From contig JAYKHS010000003.1 in the NCBI GenBank assembly GCA_035285865.1, positions 128,001 to 192,000 of the forward strand: a stretch of 64,000 nt of DNA, given 5' to 3'. This DNA comes from Candidatus Sericytochromatia bacterium. GTDB lineage: Bacteria > Cyanobacteriota > Sericytochromatia > S15B-MN24 > VGJW01. This document shows, in pieces, positions 38,147-48,527 of this stretch (the stretch's first letter is position 1; every line of letters begins with the position of its first letter). The position numbers and the translations under genes were made by a program. The notes below the pieces were generated by a model that worked only from the letters and a program-made list of their open reading frames with translations, was not told the DNA's origin and ran no database searches.

Positions 38147-40114
38147 TCATCGACCTCCGGAGAGTACGGCCCAGGCCACGAGCACGACCAGGCCTGCCAG
38201 CATGGCCATCGCGTAATGCCGGGCGAGGCCCGACTGGGCCACGGCAAGACCACGGCCCGCCATCGAAAGACCTCCGACCACGCCCTTGGCCATCCAGCCC
38301 AGCAGGAAGTCCAGGAACGGGGCAGCCGCACGGGACGAGAAGACAACCGGCCGGACCAGAGCGCGCTCCAGCGCCTCATCCACGAACCAGCCGCGCCGCA
38401 TGGCCTGCCACACGCCGGCAAGCGGTGTCCAAGGTGACCCCGTCGGGGCGCCGGGACGGGCGTGCAGACTCCATCCCACGGCAGCACCCGTCGCCACCAC
38501 GGCCACCGAGCCTGCCGTCAGGATGAGGTCCACGACAGGATTGGCATGTACGCCGTGCGCGAGACTGGGATAGAAGACAGGCTCCAGCCACGCACTGAAC
38601 CAGAGCGTACCGCCCAACTCATGCGGCCACTCGAGAGCGCCTGCGGCCACGGCCCCGCAAGCCAGAAGCAGCAGAGGCACGGTCATCGTCCAGCCAGCCT
38701 CGTGGGCATGCTCGACCAGATGCTTGTCACGCGCAGGACCCGCAAGAACAAGGGCCACCAGCCGGAACGAATAGAACGCCGTCATGCCGGCCGTCAGCAG
38801 GCCAACGGCCAGCCACCACGGCTGATGAGCATGCCAGGCAGCGACGAGGATGGCATCCTTGCTGACGAATCCCGACAGCGGCGGGATGCCGGCGTTGGCT
38901 GCCGCGGCAATGACGAAGGCCGGTCCCGTGATGCGAAGTTTCGACCACAAGCCGCCCATGCGCCCCACTTCTTCCTCGCCGTTCAACGCATGAATCACGG
39001 CGCCAGCCGAGAGGAAGAACAGGGCCTTGAAGAACGCGTGGGTGAACAGGTGGTAGATACCGACGGAAAACGCACCCGCCCCCAGCCCCATGAACATGTA
39101 ACCCAACTGCGAGACGGTCGACCACGCGATGACACGCTTGATGTTGGTCTGCGTGCAGGCCACCGTGGCCGCCACCAGAGCCGTCAGGGCCCCCAGGCTG
39201 CCGATGAAGGCCAGAGCAGCAGGGGCGTGATGATAGAGCGGATGCATCCGGGCCACCATGTAGACGCCAGCCGTAACCATCGTCGCGGCATGGATCAGGG
39301 CCGAGACCGGCGTCGGGCCCGCCATGGCATCCGGCAGCCAGATGTGGAGGGGCACTTGCGCCGACTTGCCCATCGCCCCGATGAACAGCAAGACGGCGGC
39401 CAACGTCGCCAGGGGAACCGAGAGCTTGGTGACGTGGGCCGAGAGAAGATCAATGTCCAAGGAGGCTTGGCCACTGGGCACCATGCTCCAGTACAGCAGG
39501 AACATGCCGAGCAGCAGGCCGAGATCCCCGATACGGTTGACGACGAAAGCCTTGAGGCCGGCCGCCGCCTTGGCCGCATCGCTGAACCAATAGCCGATGA
39601 GCAGGTAGGAACAGACGCCGACGCCTTCCCAGCCAAGGAACAGCACGACCAGGTCACGGGCCGTGACCAGGACCAGCATGGCGAACGTGAACAGATTCAG
39701 CCACGTGAAGAATCTCGGGAAACCCTGATCTCCCGCCATGTAGCCGACGGAATAGAGATGGATCAGCGTCCCGACCGTCGTCACGATCAGGACCATGACC
39801 AAGGACAGGGCGTCCACCCGGAAAAGCCACGAGACGTGGGCCTGCCCCATCGTGAACCACGTCCCGAGATCCAGCTCCGTCAGGCGAAGCGACCGATCAC
39901 GGCCGAGAAAATCTATGGCCAGCGTCCAGGCCGCGAGCGTGGCGACCAAGGGTCCCGCGACGCCGATGCCGGCGACCGCGCGATCGATGGGGCGCAGGTG
40001 ATGGCCCTCGACTGGGACAGTAACGCGTGCGGACCGCAGGGCCAACAGGCCGTTGAACACGGCAGCGGCAAGCGGTGCAAAAAGGATCCAGGCGAGCAGA
40101 TGAACGTGGGACAC
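38147..40114 (-). CDS. nuoL: NADH-quinone oxidoreductase subunit L
   Basis: Motifs GWEGVG, NRIGD, GKSAQVPLHIWLPDAMAGPTPVSALIHAATMV and THAFFKA. Confidence 0.95.
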   Translation of the reverse strand: MSHVHLLAWILFAPLAAAVFNGLLALRSARVTVPVEGHHLRPIDRAVAGIGVAGPLVATLAAWTLAIDFLGRDRSLRLTELDLGTWFTMGQAHVSWLFRVDALSLVMVLIVTTVGTLIHLYSVGYMAGDQGFPRFFTWLNLFTFAMLVLVTARDLVVLFLGWEGVGVCSYLLIGYWFSDAAKAAAGLKAFVVNRIGDLGLLLGMFLLYWSMVPSGQASLDIDLLSAHVTKLSVPLATLAAVLLFIGAMGKSAQVPLHIWLPDAMAGPTPVSALIHAATMVTAGVYMVARMHPLYHHAPAALAFIGSLGALTALVAATVACTQTNIKRVIAWSTVSQLGYMFMGLGAGAFSVGIYHLFTHAFFKALFFLSAGAVIHALNGEEEVGRMGGLWSKLRITGPAFVIAAAANAGIPPLSGFVSKDAILVAAWHAHQPWWLAVGLLTAGMTAFYSFRLVALVLAGPARDKHLVEHAHEAGWTMTVPLLLLACGAVAAGALEWPHELGGTLWFSAWLEPVFYPSLAHGVHANPVVDLILTAGSVAVVATGAAVGWSLHARPGAPTGSPWTPLAGVWQAMRRGWFVDEALERALVRPVVFSSRAAAPFLDFLLGWMAKGVVGGLSMAGRGLAVAQSGLARHYAMAMLAGLVVLVAWAVLSGGR

Positions 40115-40121
40115 GCCTGGG

Positions 40122-40421
40122 TCACTCCTTCATCGAGGCAAAGACGTCGACATCCAGTGTCTCCCTGTGGCGGAAGAGCATGATGACGATGGCCAGAGCA
40201 ACGGCTGCCTCGGCTGCCGCAAGGGCCACCACGAGCAGAACCGTGACATGACCCTCGAGGGCCAACCACTGGCGGCTGAAAGTCACGAAGACCAGGTTGA
40301 CGGAGTTGAGCATCAGTTCGATGCACATCAACAGCGCGAATACGTTGCGGCGTGCGACGAAGCCCCCGACACCGATCGAGAAGAGAGCCGCAGCCACAAG
40401 CAGAGGAGCGTGCAGTGCCAT
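40122..40421 (-). CDS. nuoK: NADH-quinone oxidoreductase subunit K
   Basis: Motifs RRN, IELMLN and AAAEAAVALA. Confidence 0.94.
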   Translation of the reverse strand: MALHAPLLVAAALFSIGVGGFVARRNVFALLMCIELMLNSVNLVFVTFSRQWLALEGHVTVLLVVALAAAEAAVALAIVIMLFRHRETLDVDVFASMKE

Positions 40422-40924
40422 CAGTCAAGCCTCCGCTTCGCCATCCCCACGGCGGACACGACCGCGACCGTCAGCAGCAGCGACACGACCTCGAAGGGAA
40501 CGGCGTAATCCCGGAAGAGGGCCCGGCCGACCGCAACGATGCCCCCGAATCCGGGCGGTGGTGGCGCGAACGGATCCGCAGGAATGGCATGGATGCCGGC
40601 AGCAAGACCCATGAAGAGCAGTCCCGCAACCGTCAGGCCCATGCCCAGCCGCCCCCCGAGCCCGTCCTCATGAGCGAGGTCCTCGTGGCGGACGTTGAGC
40701 AGCATGATGACGAAGACAATCAGGGCGAGAATGGCCCCACCGTATACCAGGATCTGCAGGATGGCGACCAGTGGCGCGGCAAGCAGGGCATACAGCCCGG
40801 CAATCGCGATCATCACGACGATGAGCGCCAGCGCGGAACCGAGGGGATGGCGACGCGTGACCATGGCCAACGCGCCAACGACGGCTACGGCAGAAAGGAC
40901 AACAAGAAGAATGGCATCGAGCAT
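40421..40924 (-). CDS. nuoJ: NADH-quinone oxidoreductase subunit J
   Basis: Motifs QILVYGGAI..LIVFVIMLLN and VPFEVVSLLL. Confidence 0.92.
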   Translation of the reverse strand: MLDAILLVVLSAVAVVGALAMVTRRHPLGSALALIVVMIAIAGLYALLAAPLVAILQILVYGGAILALIVFVIMLLNVRHEDLAHEDGLGGRLGMGLTVAGLLFMGLAAGIHAIPADPFAPPPPGFGGIVAVGRALFRDYAVPFEVVSLLLTVAVVSAVGMAKRRLD

Positions 40925-40940
40925 GGTCGGTCCGTTCAGG

Positions 40941-41435
40941 TTACACCGGATCGGACCACTGCGAAGGCGTCCGCAGCAGCTCGTCCTTGTGAACGACGAA
41001 GTCGTCCCGCTGGAAGTCGGCAAAGGCGTAGATGCCCGAATCCATCCGAATGGCATCCACAGGGCAGGCTTCGACGCACATGCCGCAGAAGACGCACTTG
41101 AGCAGATCGATGTCGAAGGTAACCGGGAACTTCTCGACCTTGGGGTCGGGATGCTCGCCCGCCTCGATTTGGATGCAAGCCGCCGGACAAACGGTCGCAC
41201 ACATCATGCAGGCGGTGCACTTCGGTTCGCCCGACTCCTTCTGCAGCAGGCGATGCTTGCCTCGATAGCCCTCAGGCATCTCTTTCCGGACCTCGGGATA
41301 CTCCTTGGTCTGCACGGGCTCGCCCCCGAAAAGATGCCGGACGGTGTGGCCGACCGTCACGCCCAGTCCCTTGGCGACGTGCCAGAGATAGGTGGACTCG
41401 ATGCCAACGCCGGGCTTCACGCGCTCGACCTTCAT
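40941..41435 (-). CDS. nuoI: NADH-quinone oxidoreductase subunit I
   Basis: Two [4Fe-4S] motifs, CTACMMCATVCP and CVFCGMCVEACP. Confidence 0.93.
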   Translation of the reverse strand: MKVERVKPGVGIESTYLWHVAKGLGVTVGHTVRHLFGGEPVQTKEYPEVRKEMPEGYRGKHRLLQKESGEPKCTACMMCATVCPAACIQIEAGEHPDPKVEKFPVTFDIDLLKCVFCGMCVEACPVDAIRMDSGIYAFADFQRDDFVVHKDELLRTPSQWSDPV

Positions 41436-42868
41436 GCGGTGGGTTCCTCCCGGACGACGAGGCGCTGCGTCGCGGGCATTCTGGCCTGCGCCGGCAGCAG
41501 ATAACGCTTCCAGAGCCACATCAGCAGCAGGGTGACTACCGGCGTGGCGGGCAGAACCTGGCGCCCCCAGGGCTGCAGCATGACCAGGCCGGTCAGCAAC
41601 AGGTTGAAGAGCGACAAGGGCAGCAGGTTCTTCCAGCCAAGATCCATCACCTGGTCGTAGCGGAAACGCGGCATGGTCCAACGCACCCAGACGAAGCACC
41701 AGCACAGGAACAGCAGCTTGCCGGTAAATACTGAAATCTGCACCAATGCCGCGAAGACCGGCGGAAGCCAGCCGGGCAAGACCGCACCCCACGCTGCACC
41801 GGCAGCCCCGGCGTGGGCAAGGGCCAGCACCGAGAAGAGCGCGACGAAAACCAGTGGCTCCTTGTCCCGGGCATCTCCCCAACGGCCACGGGTGTACAGC
41901 TGGTAATGCCGGATCAGGCGACCGGCGGCCGCCAGCAGCAGAAAGGCAATGCCCCCCAGCACCACGGGAAGCAGGGTGCCTGCCTCGGCCACGAGGCGCT
42001 CGGTCGGCAACCACGGGACCTGCCAACCACCGAGGAACATCGTCACGACCAGGGCACCCGACGTCACCAGCGCCATGTACTCGGCCATGAAGAAGAGGCC
42101 GAACCGCATGCCGGAATATTCCGTGTGGTAGCCCGCAACCAACTCCGCTTCACCCTCGGCCAGGTCGAACGGCACGCGGTTGATCTCGGCGAAGGCGCAA
42201 GTCACGAAGAGAATGAAGCCCAGCGGTTGCAGGAAGATGCCCCACTGCGGCAAGAAACCCCACAGCAGCTCGCCTTGGGCCCGAACCATCTCATTGGGTT
42301 GGACGGTGCCGTAGGTGAGCATCATCGCGACGACGGCCAGAGCCATCGGAATCTCGTAGCTGAGCAGCTGCGCCGTACTGCGGATGCCACCCAGCAAGCT
42401 GAACTTGCTGTTCGAAGCCCAGCCAGCGAAGACCACCCCGTAGACGGACAAGGAAGTCATCGCGAAGAACCAGAGCAGTCCACCGTCGATCTCGAGCGTG
42501 GCCATCGGCGTGGCGAACGTGTCCGTCAATCGGACGACATCGGCGATGGGCACGATCATGAACGTGGTTAGCGGGATGAAGGCGACGATGATCGGGGCCA
42601 GCTTGAAATAGAACCGGTTGACGCCCCCCGGGATGATGTCCTCCTTCGAGACCAACTTGATGACATCCGCAAGGACGTGGGCCACGCCTCCGAGTCGAAA
42701 CATGCCGAACAGGGCCGCACGATTGGGACCAGGCCGGTCCTGGATGAACGCCGAACCCTTGCGTTCAAGATAGATGGTCAACGGCATCACCGTCAGCAGG
42801 ATGCCCGCCGACAGGACCAGCCGCAGCAGAACCGCGAGATAGTCGGCCGAAGCCAGCAGCCAGCTCAC
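41432..42868 (-). CDS. nuoH: NADH-quinone oxidoreductase subunit H (extended)
   Basis: Motifs ERK..IQDRPGP, SYEIP, EINRVPFDLAEGEAELVAGYHTEYSG and PRFRYDQ. 478 aa. Confidence 0.93.
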   Translation of the reverse strand: MSWLLASADYLAVLLRLVLSAGILLTVMPLTIYLERKGSAFIQDRPGPNRAALFGMFRLGGVAHVLADVIKLVSKEDIIPGGVNRFYFKLAPIIVAFIPLTTFMIVPIADVVRLTDTFATPMATLEIDGGLLWFFAMTSLSVYGVVFAGWASNSKFSLLGGIRSTAQLLSYEIPMALAVVAMMLTYGTVQPNEMVRAQGELLWGFLPQWGIFLQPLGFILFVTCAFAEINRVPFDLAEGEAELVAGYHTEYSGMRFGLFFMAEYMALVTSGALVVTMFLGGWQVPWLPTERLVAEAGTLLPVVLGGIAFLLLAAAGRLIRHYQLYTRGRWGDARDKEPLVFVALFSVLALAHAGAAGAAWGAVLPGWLPPVFAALVQISVFTGKLLFLCWCFVWVRWTMPRFRYDQVMDLGWKNLLPLSLFNLLLTGLVMLQPWGRQVLPATPVVTLLLMWLWKRYLLPAQARMPATQRLVVREEPTA

Positions 42869-44337
42869 GCCGTCACCCCCAATTCCGCATCGAGGCGCTT
42901 CCAGACCCCGTCCCGGTCGAAGGGCAGCGAATGGCCCATGCCGGCAGCCTGAAGGGCCAGCAGCGCACTCGCGGGCAGAGCGTCACCAGCCGGCTCGAAA
43001 GCCGGTTCGACATGCTGGACAATGCCGTCCACGTTGGCATAGGCAGCGTGCCGTTCGGCGTGCATCGCAACCGGCAGGACAACGGCCGCCCCGTCCGGGA
43101 TGGCCGCGGCGTGTGTCACGAGCGCGGCCGTCCGGGCGTGCGCGATGCCGGCCGGAAGCGTCACGGAGACAGTCACCAGAGCCGAGAGAGCGGGCAGGGC
43201 TTCGCGGAAGGAGGTCTCATCAGTCTCCAGACCGATCATCGAGAAGCCGCGACGATTGGGTGTCAGGTCGGCCTTCATGAGGAAATCGTCTTCCTTGCCC
43301 GGCTCGGTCCAGTCCAACCCCCAGGCGCGGCCACCGATCGATGCGGCCAACCACTTGACGACCGCCATGTCCTCCAGGGAGGCTTGAGCCCCGACGACGA
43401 AACCGACCTTGCCCGTCCCCAGCAGCTGGCGCAGCTCCTGAGTGGCCTTGGCGAACGGAACCTGCTGGCCACCAATCGCCGCCTCGCGCTGCCGACCCTC
43501 ATGGATGGCCTTGTAGGTAAAGCGACCGCGATCGCACATCCACCAGCGGTTCACGTCCGGATTGGCGCGCGGCCGATAGCGATAGGCCTTGCCGCCATCA
43601 TGGTCAAGGTGCACGTTGCAGCCACGCGAGCAGCCCGTACAGATGGACGACGCGGTTTTCAGGAACCAGACGCGTTTCTTGAAGCGGAAATCCCGGCTCG
43701 TGAGGGCACCGACAGGGCAGAGATCCACCACATTCGTGGCGTAGTCGTTGTCGAGCTGGGTGCCCGGGAAGACTTCGATGCGGCTCTTGTCGCCGCGACC
43801 AGCGATGACCAGCTCGTGGGTGCGCGTCACCTCACGGGTGAAACGCACGCAACGGGAGCAGAGGATGCACCGCTCCTGATCGAGGATGACATTCGGCCCG
43901 ATCGGCTGCGCCTTCAGCTTCTCGACCTTGGGGACCACGGATCGATGGTCGTGCTTGCCATGCTCCATGTAGTAGTCCTGCAGGCCACACTCGCCAGCCT
44001 GGTCGCAGACCGGACAGTCGATGGGATGGTTGAGCAGCAGGAACTCCATGACCCCCTGCCGCATCTGCCGGACGGCGTCGGTCTCGGTCTTCACGACCGC
44101 CGCCGGAACCTCCTCGCCCTCCTTGTTGCGGGTGGTGCGCAGAATGGTGTTGCAGGCAATCTGGGGCCCTCTGGCCCCTTCGACTTCGACGAGGCACATC
44201 CGGCAGTTGCCGTCGATAGGCAGGCCGGGATGGTAGCAGTAGTGGGGGATGTCCACTCCGGCCGAGGCCGCGGCCTCGACGACGTTGGTGCCATCGGGCA
44301 CTTCGAGGGTCTGGCCGTTGATCGTGACAAGCGCCAT
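42865..44337 (-). CDS. nuoG: NADH-quinone oxidoreductase subunit G (short form)
   Basis: Motifs HYCYH..GNCRMCLVE, NHPIDCPVCDQAGEC, RCILCSRC and CTGCSRGC. Confidence 0.92.
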   Translation of the reverse strand: MALVTINGQTLEVPDGTNVVEAAASAGVDIPHYCYHPGLPIDGNCRMCLVEVEGARGPQIACNTILRTTRNKEGEEVPAAVVKTETDAVRQMRQGVMEFLLLNHPIDCPVCDQAGECGLQDYYMEHGKHDHRSVVPKVEKLKAQPIGPNVILDQERCILCSRCVRFTREVTRTHELVIAGRGDKSRIEVFPGTQLDNDYATNVVDLCPVGALTSRDFRFKKRVWFLKTASSICTGCSRGCNVHLDHDGGKAYRYRPRANPDVNRWWMCDRGRFTYKAIHEGRQREAAIGGQQVPFAKATQELRQLLGTGKVGFVVGAQASLEDMAVVKWLAASIGGRAWGLDWTEPGKEDDFLMKADLTPNRRGFSMIGLETDETSFREALPALSALVTVSVTLPAGIAHARTAALVTHAAAIPDGAAVVLPVAMHAERHAAYANVDGIVQHVEPAFEPAGDALPASALLALQAAGMGHSLPFDRDGVWKRLDAELGVTA

Positions 44338-45638
44338 CAATGGACTCCGACGGCCTGCGCGGCCGAAACCTTGGCCTCGAACTCAGGCAAGAATTTGGTG
44401 AGGTAGCTGATGGTGGGCATCGTGGCTGCTGCGGCCAACGGGCAGACCGTCCGGCCCTCCATGTTGGTGCAGAGATCGCGGATGGTCTGCAGATCCTCGG
44501 GACGCCCCTTGCCATCCCTGATCCGAACCAGGATCTGGTAGAGCCAGTCGGTGCCTTCCCGGCAGGGCGAACACTGGCCGCAAGACTCGTGCGCGTAGAA
44601 ACGCAGCAGTACCGTGAGCAGGGAAACCATGCACGTCTGGTCGTCGATGACCATCAGGCCACCCGACCCGAACATGGTCTTCAGGCGGGCACAATCCTCA
44701 TAGGTCAGAACGGCCCCCATGGCCTCGTCGGCCGTGATGACGGGCGTACTCGATCCGCCGGGGATGATGGCCTTGAGCTTTCGCCCCTTCCAGACGCCCC
44801 CGCCGTACTCCTCGATGAGTTCGCGGAAGCTGATGCCCAGCGGCACCTCATAGACGCCCGGCCGTGCGACATGGCCCGACAGGCACATCAGGCGCGTGCC
44901 GCGAGAGTCGACCTTGGGGGGCTTGCCATCATCACCGGCCTCGAATACCCCGATCTGGCTGTAAGCCGCCCCGCCGTGATTGACGATCCAGGGAATGGTG
45001 GCGATGGTTTCAACGTTGTTGACGCACGTGGGACAATCCCAAGCCCCGTTGGTGGCCGGGAACGGCGGCTTCAGACGCGGATAGCCGCGCCGGCCCTCGA
45101 GGGAGTTGATAAGGGCCGTTTCCTCGCCACAGATGTAGGCACCGGCGCCCCGATGGATGACGATCTCCACGCCCTCGCCGGTCCCGAAGAGATTCGGTCC
45201 GACGAATCCGGCCTCCTCGGCTTCGCGCAGGGCCTCCTCGAGTACCTTGGTCTGAGTCGCGAACTCGCCACGAATGTAGATATAGGCCCGCTTGGCACCG
45301 ATCGCTCGGGCACCGATGACGACGCCTTCGAGCACGGCGTGAGGATTGCGCTCGATGAGCAGGCGGTCCTTGAAAGTTCCCGGCTCGGATTCGTCAGCGT
45401 TGATGACCAGATACTTGGGCTTGGGGCTGTTGGTCGGGATGAAACCCCACTTCATGCCGGTCGGGAAACCTGCGCCACCGCGACCGCGAAGACCACTGGC
45501 CCGCACCTCGGCGATGATGTCCGCAGGGGTCATCGAGGTCCAGGCCTTGCGGGCCGCCTCATAACCGCCCACCGAACGATAGTGCGTCAGGCGATGGCTG
45601 TCGGGGTGATCGACGTGCGCCGTCAGGACCTTGGTCAT
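44337..45638 (-). CDS. nuoF: NADH-quinone oxidoreductase subunit F
   Basis: Motifs GLRGRGGAGFPTGMKW, NADESEPGTFKDR, GAGAYICGEETAL and ESCGQCSPCREG. Confidence 0.96.
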   Translation of the reverse strand: MTKVLTAHVDHPDSHRLTHYRSVGGYEAARKAWTSMTPADIIAEVRASGLRGRGGAGFPTGMKWGFIPTNSPKPKYLVINADESEPGTFKDRLLIERNPHAVLEGVVIGARAIGAKRAYIYIRGEFATQTKVLEEALREAEEAGFVGPNLFGTGEGVEIVIHRGAGAYICGEETALINSLEGRRGYPRLKPPFPATNGAWDCPTCVNNVETIATIPWIVNHGGAAYSQIGVFEAGDDGKPPKVDSRGTRLMCLSGHVARPGVYEVPLGISFRELIEEYGGGVWKGRKLKAIIPGGSSTPVITADEAMGAVLTYEDCARLKTMFGSGGLMVIDDQTCMVSLLTVLLRFYAHESCGQCSPCREGTDWLYQILVRIRDGKGRPEDLQTIRDLCTNMEGRTVCPLAAAATMPTISYLTKFLPEFEAKVSAAQAVGVH

Positions 45639-46192
45639 GCCGTCGCCTCCCTCAGGCCGTCGATGAGCGCATCCAGCTTTTCTTCCGTCAGGTGCTCATG
45701 GAAGGCGCCATTGTCGAGCTGAAGCATCGGCGCATAGCCGCACGCGGCCAGGCACTCGGCTCGGCGCACCGTGAAGCGGCCGTCCGCCGAGGTTCCTCCC
45801 GAAGCCGGATCGACGCCGACCCGGGCACAGAGGCGCTGGTAGATCTCTTCGCCACCCACGAGGCAGCAGGCGACGCTGGTGCAGACCTCGACCAGGTGCT
45901 TGCCGACCGGCTGGGTGAAATACATCGTGTAGAAGGTCGCCACGCCCCAGACATAGGCAGGAGCCAGGCCAAGCGCATCGGCCACGGCCTTGATGACGTC
46001 AGCCGTCAGTTGTCGGGGGCGGGTCGGATCGGCATCCACCTGCTCCTGCGCCACCCACAGCACGGGCAGGAGGGCCGCCTGCTGCTGGGGATAGCGGGTC
46101 AGCAACTTGCGGATCCGGGTCCAGCTGGCATCACTGAACGCGAAGGGAACCGGGGCCGAAGGCGGCCCGAAGGTCGTCGCGGCTTCCGTCAT
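45635..46192 (-). CDS. nuoE: NADH-quinone oxidoreductase subunit E
   Basis: Motifs VATFYTMY and CTSVAC...ECLAACGYAP ([2Fe-2S]). Confidence 0.93.
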   Translation of the reverse strand: MTEAATTFGPPSAPVPFAFSDASWTRIRKLLTRYPQQQAALLPVLWVAQEQVDADPTRPRQLTADVIKAVADALGLAPAYVWGVATFYTMYFTQPVGKHLVEVCTSVACCLVGGEEIYQRLCARVGVDPASGGTSADGRFTVRRAECLAACGYAPMLQLDNGAFHEHLTEEKLDALIDGLREATA

Positions 46193-48036
46193 CGATCAAG
46201 CTCTCCCGCGATGATGTTGATGCTGCCCAGACTTGCGATGGCATCCGCCACCATGTGGCCCTCGATCATGTCCGGGAAGGCAGCGAAGGACATGAAGGAT
46301 GGCGGCCGGCAACGATTGCGGTACGGCCGCCCGCTGCCATCAGACACGATGTAGAAGCCCAGTTCGCCGTTGGCTCCTTCGCTGGCATCGTAGATCTCGC
46401 CCGCCGGCACCCTGACACCCTCGAAAACGAGCTTGAAATGGTTCATCAGGCCTTCGATGTTATTGTAGGTGTCGTCCTTGGAGGGCAAGGAAACGCCCTT
46501 TGCCTCAACCATGACAGCCCCCTCGGGAAGGCGGGAGAGAGCCTGGCGGATGATCCGGGCCGACTGGCCGATCTCGCCGAATCGGACGAAGATCCGATCA
46601 TAGGTGTCGCCGACAGTGCCGGTGACGGTCTCGAAGTCGTAGGTCTCGTAGCCGTCGTAGGGCTCCGCCTTGCGCAGGTCGTAGTCCACGCCGGAAGCCC
46701 TGAGGTTGGGGCCGGTCCAGCCATAGGAAAGCGCCATCGCGGCAGGAACCACGCAGATGTCCTGCACCCGCTCGAGGAAGATCCGGTTGCGCTTGACCAG
46801 AGTCTCGACCTCGACCACGGCAGCCTCTATCTCGGACAGAACGGCCAGAATGTCGGCGCCACAACCGTCGTAGAAGTCACGTGCAAGGCCACCGACACGC
46901 CCGTAGCTGTTGGTGAGGCGCGCACCTGTCAGCTTGTCGAAGATCGTGTAGACCTTCTCGCGAACATTGAAGAAGTACCAGAAGTTGGTCAGTGCCCCGA
47001 GGTCGACCAGATTGGTGCCGATGCAGACCAGGTGATCGATGATCCGCGACAGTTCGCCCACGATGACCCGAATGGCCTGGGCGCGCGGTGTGATCGTGAG
47101 ACCAAGCGCTTTCTCGACGGCCTTGCAGAAGGCAAAGTTGTTGAGCATCGCCGAGCAGTAGTTGAGGCGGTCCGTGTAGGGCACGCAAGCGTTGTAGGTC
47201 TGGGTCTCGGTGCTCTTCTCGAAGCCCCGGTGCAGGTAGCCGATTTCGGCGACGGCAGCCACGATGGTCTCGCCATCAAGGGCGACGAACGTGCGCAGGG
47301 TCCCGTGAGATGCCGGGTGAGAGGGCCCCAGGTTCACGAACATCAACTCGGCGTGAAGGTCCGCCCCTTCAGGCAGGCGCCCACCGCCAGCAACGGGCTT
47401 GGCCGCGACGGCGAGCGAGCCGCCATGGGCTCCTCGCGAAGGCGCTCCAGGCGCCGCCTCAACGCCATGGTCGGAACCCCGGATACCCGCAAGCAGGTCC
47501 CGCTCCACCTCGGGCAGCACATAGCCGCGGGCGCGCAGCCGCAGCGCCATCTCGTCGACCAGCGCGTCGTTCTCGGACAGCGGCTGGCGCGCCCGAATCG
47601 GGTAGTCCTTGCGCAGAGGATGCCCCACGAACTCGTGGTGATTGAGGATCCGCTTGAGGTTGGGGTGGCCCTCGAAGACGATGCCGTACTGGTCCCAGGC
47701 CTCACGTTCGAGCCAATCGGCACCTTTCCAGCGGGCACTCAGACTGGGCACCTTGAGGTCGTCCCCGACATGACAGGTCACGCGCACGCGGCGCCCCGTC
47801 GCCATGTCCCTCAGGTGATAGACCACAGCAAACCGGGACGGCTGCGCCTTGGGAAACTGCAGATAATCCACGCCCGCGAGGTCCGTCAGGAAGCCGAAGC
47901 CATCCTCGACGAGCCACGACACGACATCCGGAAGGTCCTTCGGGAATACGGAAACCGCGGGCATGTCGACCGCCGTGCGTGACGCGACCAGACGATCCCC
48001 GAAGCGGTCCGCGATCCGTTCCAGCAAGTCGCTCAC
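46189..48036 (-). CDS. nuoCD: Fused NADH-quinone oxidoreductase subunit C/D
   Basis: NuoC part EREAWDQYGI..GHPLRKDYP is in frame with NuoD part NLGPSHPASHG..GYLHRG..GELDR. Confidence 0.94.
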   Translation of the reverse strand: MSDLLERIADRFGDRLVASRTAVDMPAVSVFPKDLPDVVSWLVEDGFGFLTDLAGVDYLQFPKAQPSRFAVVYHLRDMATGRRVRVTCHVGDDLKVPSLSARWKGADWLEREAWDQYGIVFEGHPNLKRILNHHEFVGHPLRKDYPIRARQPLSENDALVDEMALRLRARGYVLPEVERDLLAGIRGSDHGVEAAPGAPSRGAHGGSLAVAAKPVAGGGRLPEGADLHAELMFVNLGPSHPASHGTLRTFVALDGETIVAAVAEIGYLHRGFEKSTETQTYNACVPYTDRLNYCSAMLNNFAFCKAVEKALGLTITPRAQAIRVIVGELSRIIDHLVCIGTNLVDLGALTNFWYFFNVREKVYTIFDKLTGARLTNSYGRVGGLARDFYDGCGADILAVLSEIEAAVVEVETLVKRNRIFLERVQDICVVPAAMALSYGWTGPNLRASGVDYDLRKAEPYDGYETYDFETVTGTVGDTYDRIFVRFGEIGQSARIIRQALSRLPEGAVMVEAKGVSLPSKDDTYNNIEGLMNHFKLVFEGVRVPAGEIYDASEGANGELGFYIVSDGSGRPYRNRCRPPSFMSFAAFPDMIEGHMVADAIASLGSINIIAGELDR

Positions 48037-48527
48037 GCGGCGTCCTCCGGCTGGGTCAGCACGCTCTGACGCGCGATGCGCTGCTCCTGCAACTTGATGA
48101 TGGCCTCCATCAGCCCTTCCGGACGCGGAGGACAGCCCGCCACGTAGATATCCACCGGAATGATGTCGTCGATGCCCTGAACCGTGCAGTAGTTGTCGTA
48201 GAACCCGCCCGACGAGGCACAGACCCCCATGCTCAGGACCCACTTGGGCTCGGGCATCTGATCGTAGACCCGCTTCAGAATGGGCGCCTGCTTGTAGCTG
48301 ATGGTGCCCATGACCATCAGAAGATCGCTCTGACGCGGACTGAAACGGACGATCTCGGCACCGAAGCGCGAGATGTCGTACTCGGAAGAGACCAGCCCCA
48401 TGAACTCGATGGCACAGCAAGCCGTGCCGAAGGGCATCGGCATGAGGCTGTGCTCACGCCCCCAATTCAGGACCGAGTCAATCGTCGTGGTGATCCAGGA
48501 ATCGCCGAAAGCGGACTCTACTCCCAC
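48033..48527 (-). CDS. nuoB: NADH-quinone oxidoreductase subunit B
   Basis: Motifs GTACCAIE, SPRQSD, MGVCASSGG and GCPPRPE. Confidence 0.95.
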   Translation of the reverse strand: MGVESAFGDSWITTTIDSVLNWGREHSLMPMPFGTACCAIEFMGLVSSEYDISRFGAEIVRFSPRQSDLLMVMGTISYKQAPILKRVYDQMPEPKWVLSMGVCASSGGFYDNYCTVQGIDDIIPVDIYVAGCPPRPEGLMEAIIKLQEQRIARQSVLTQPEDAA

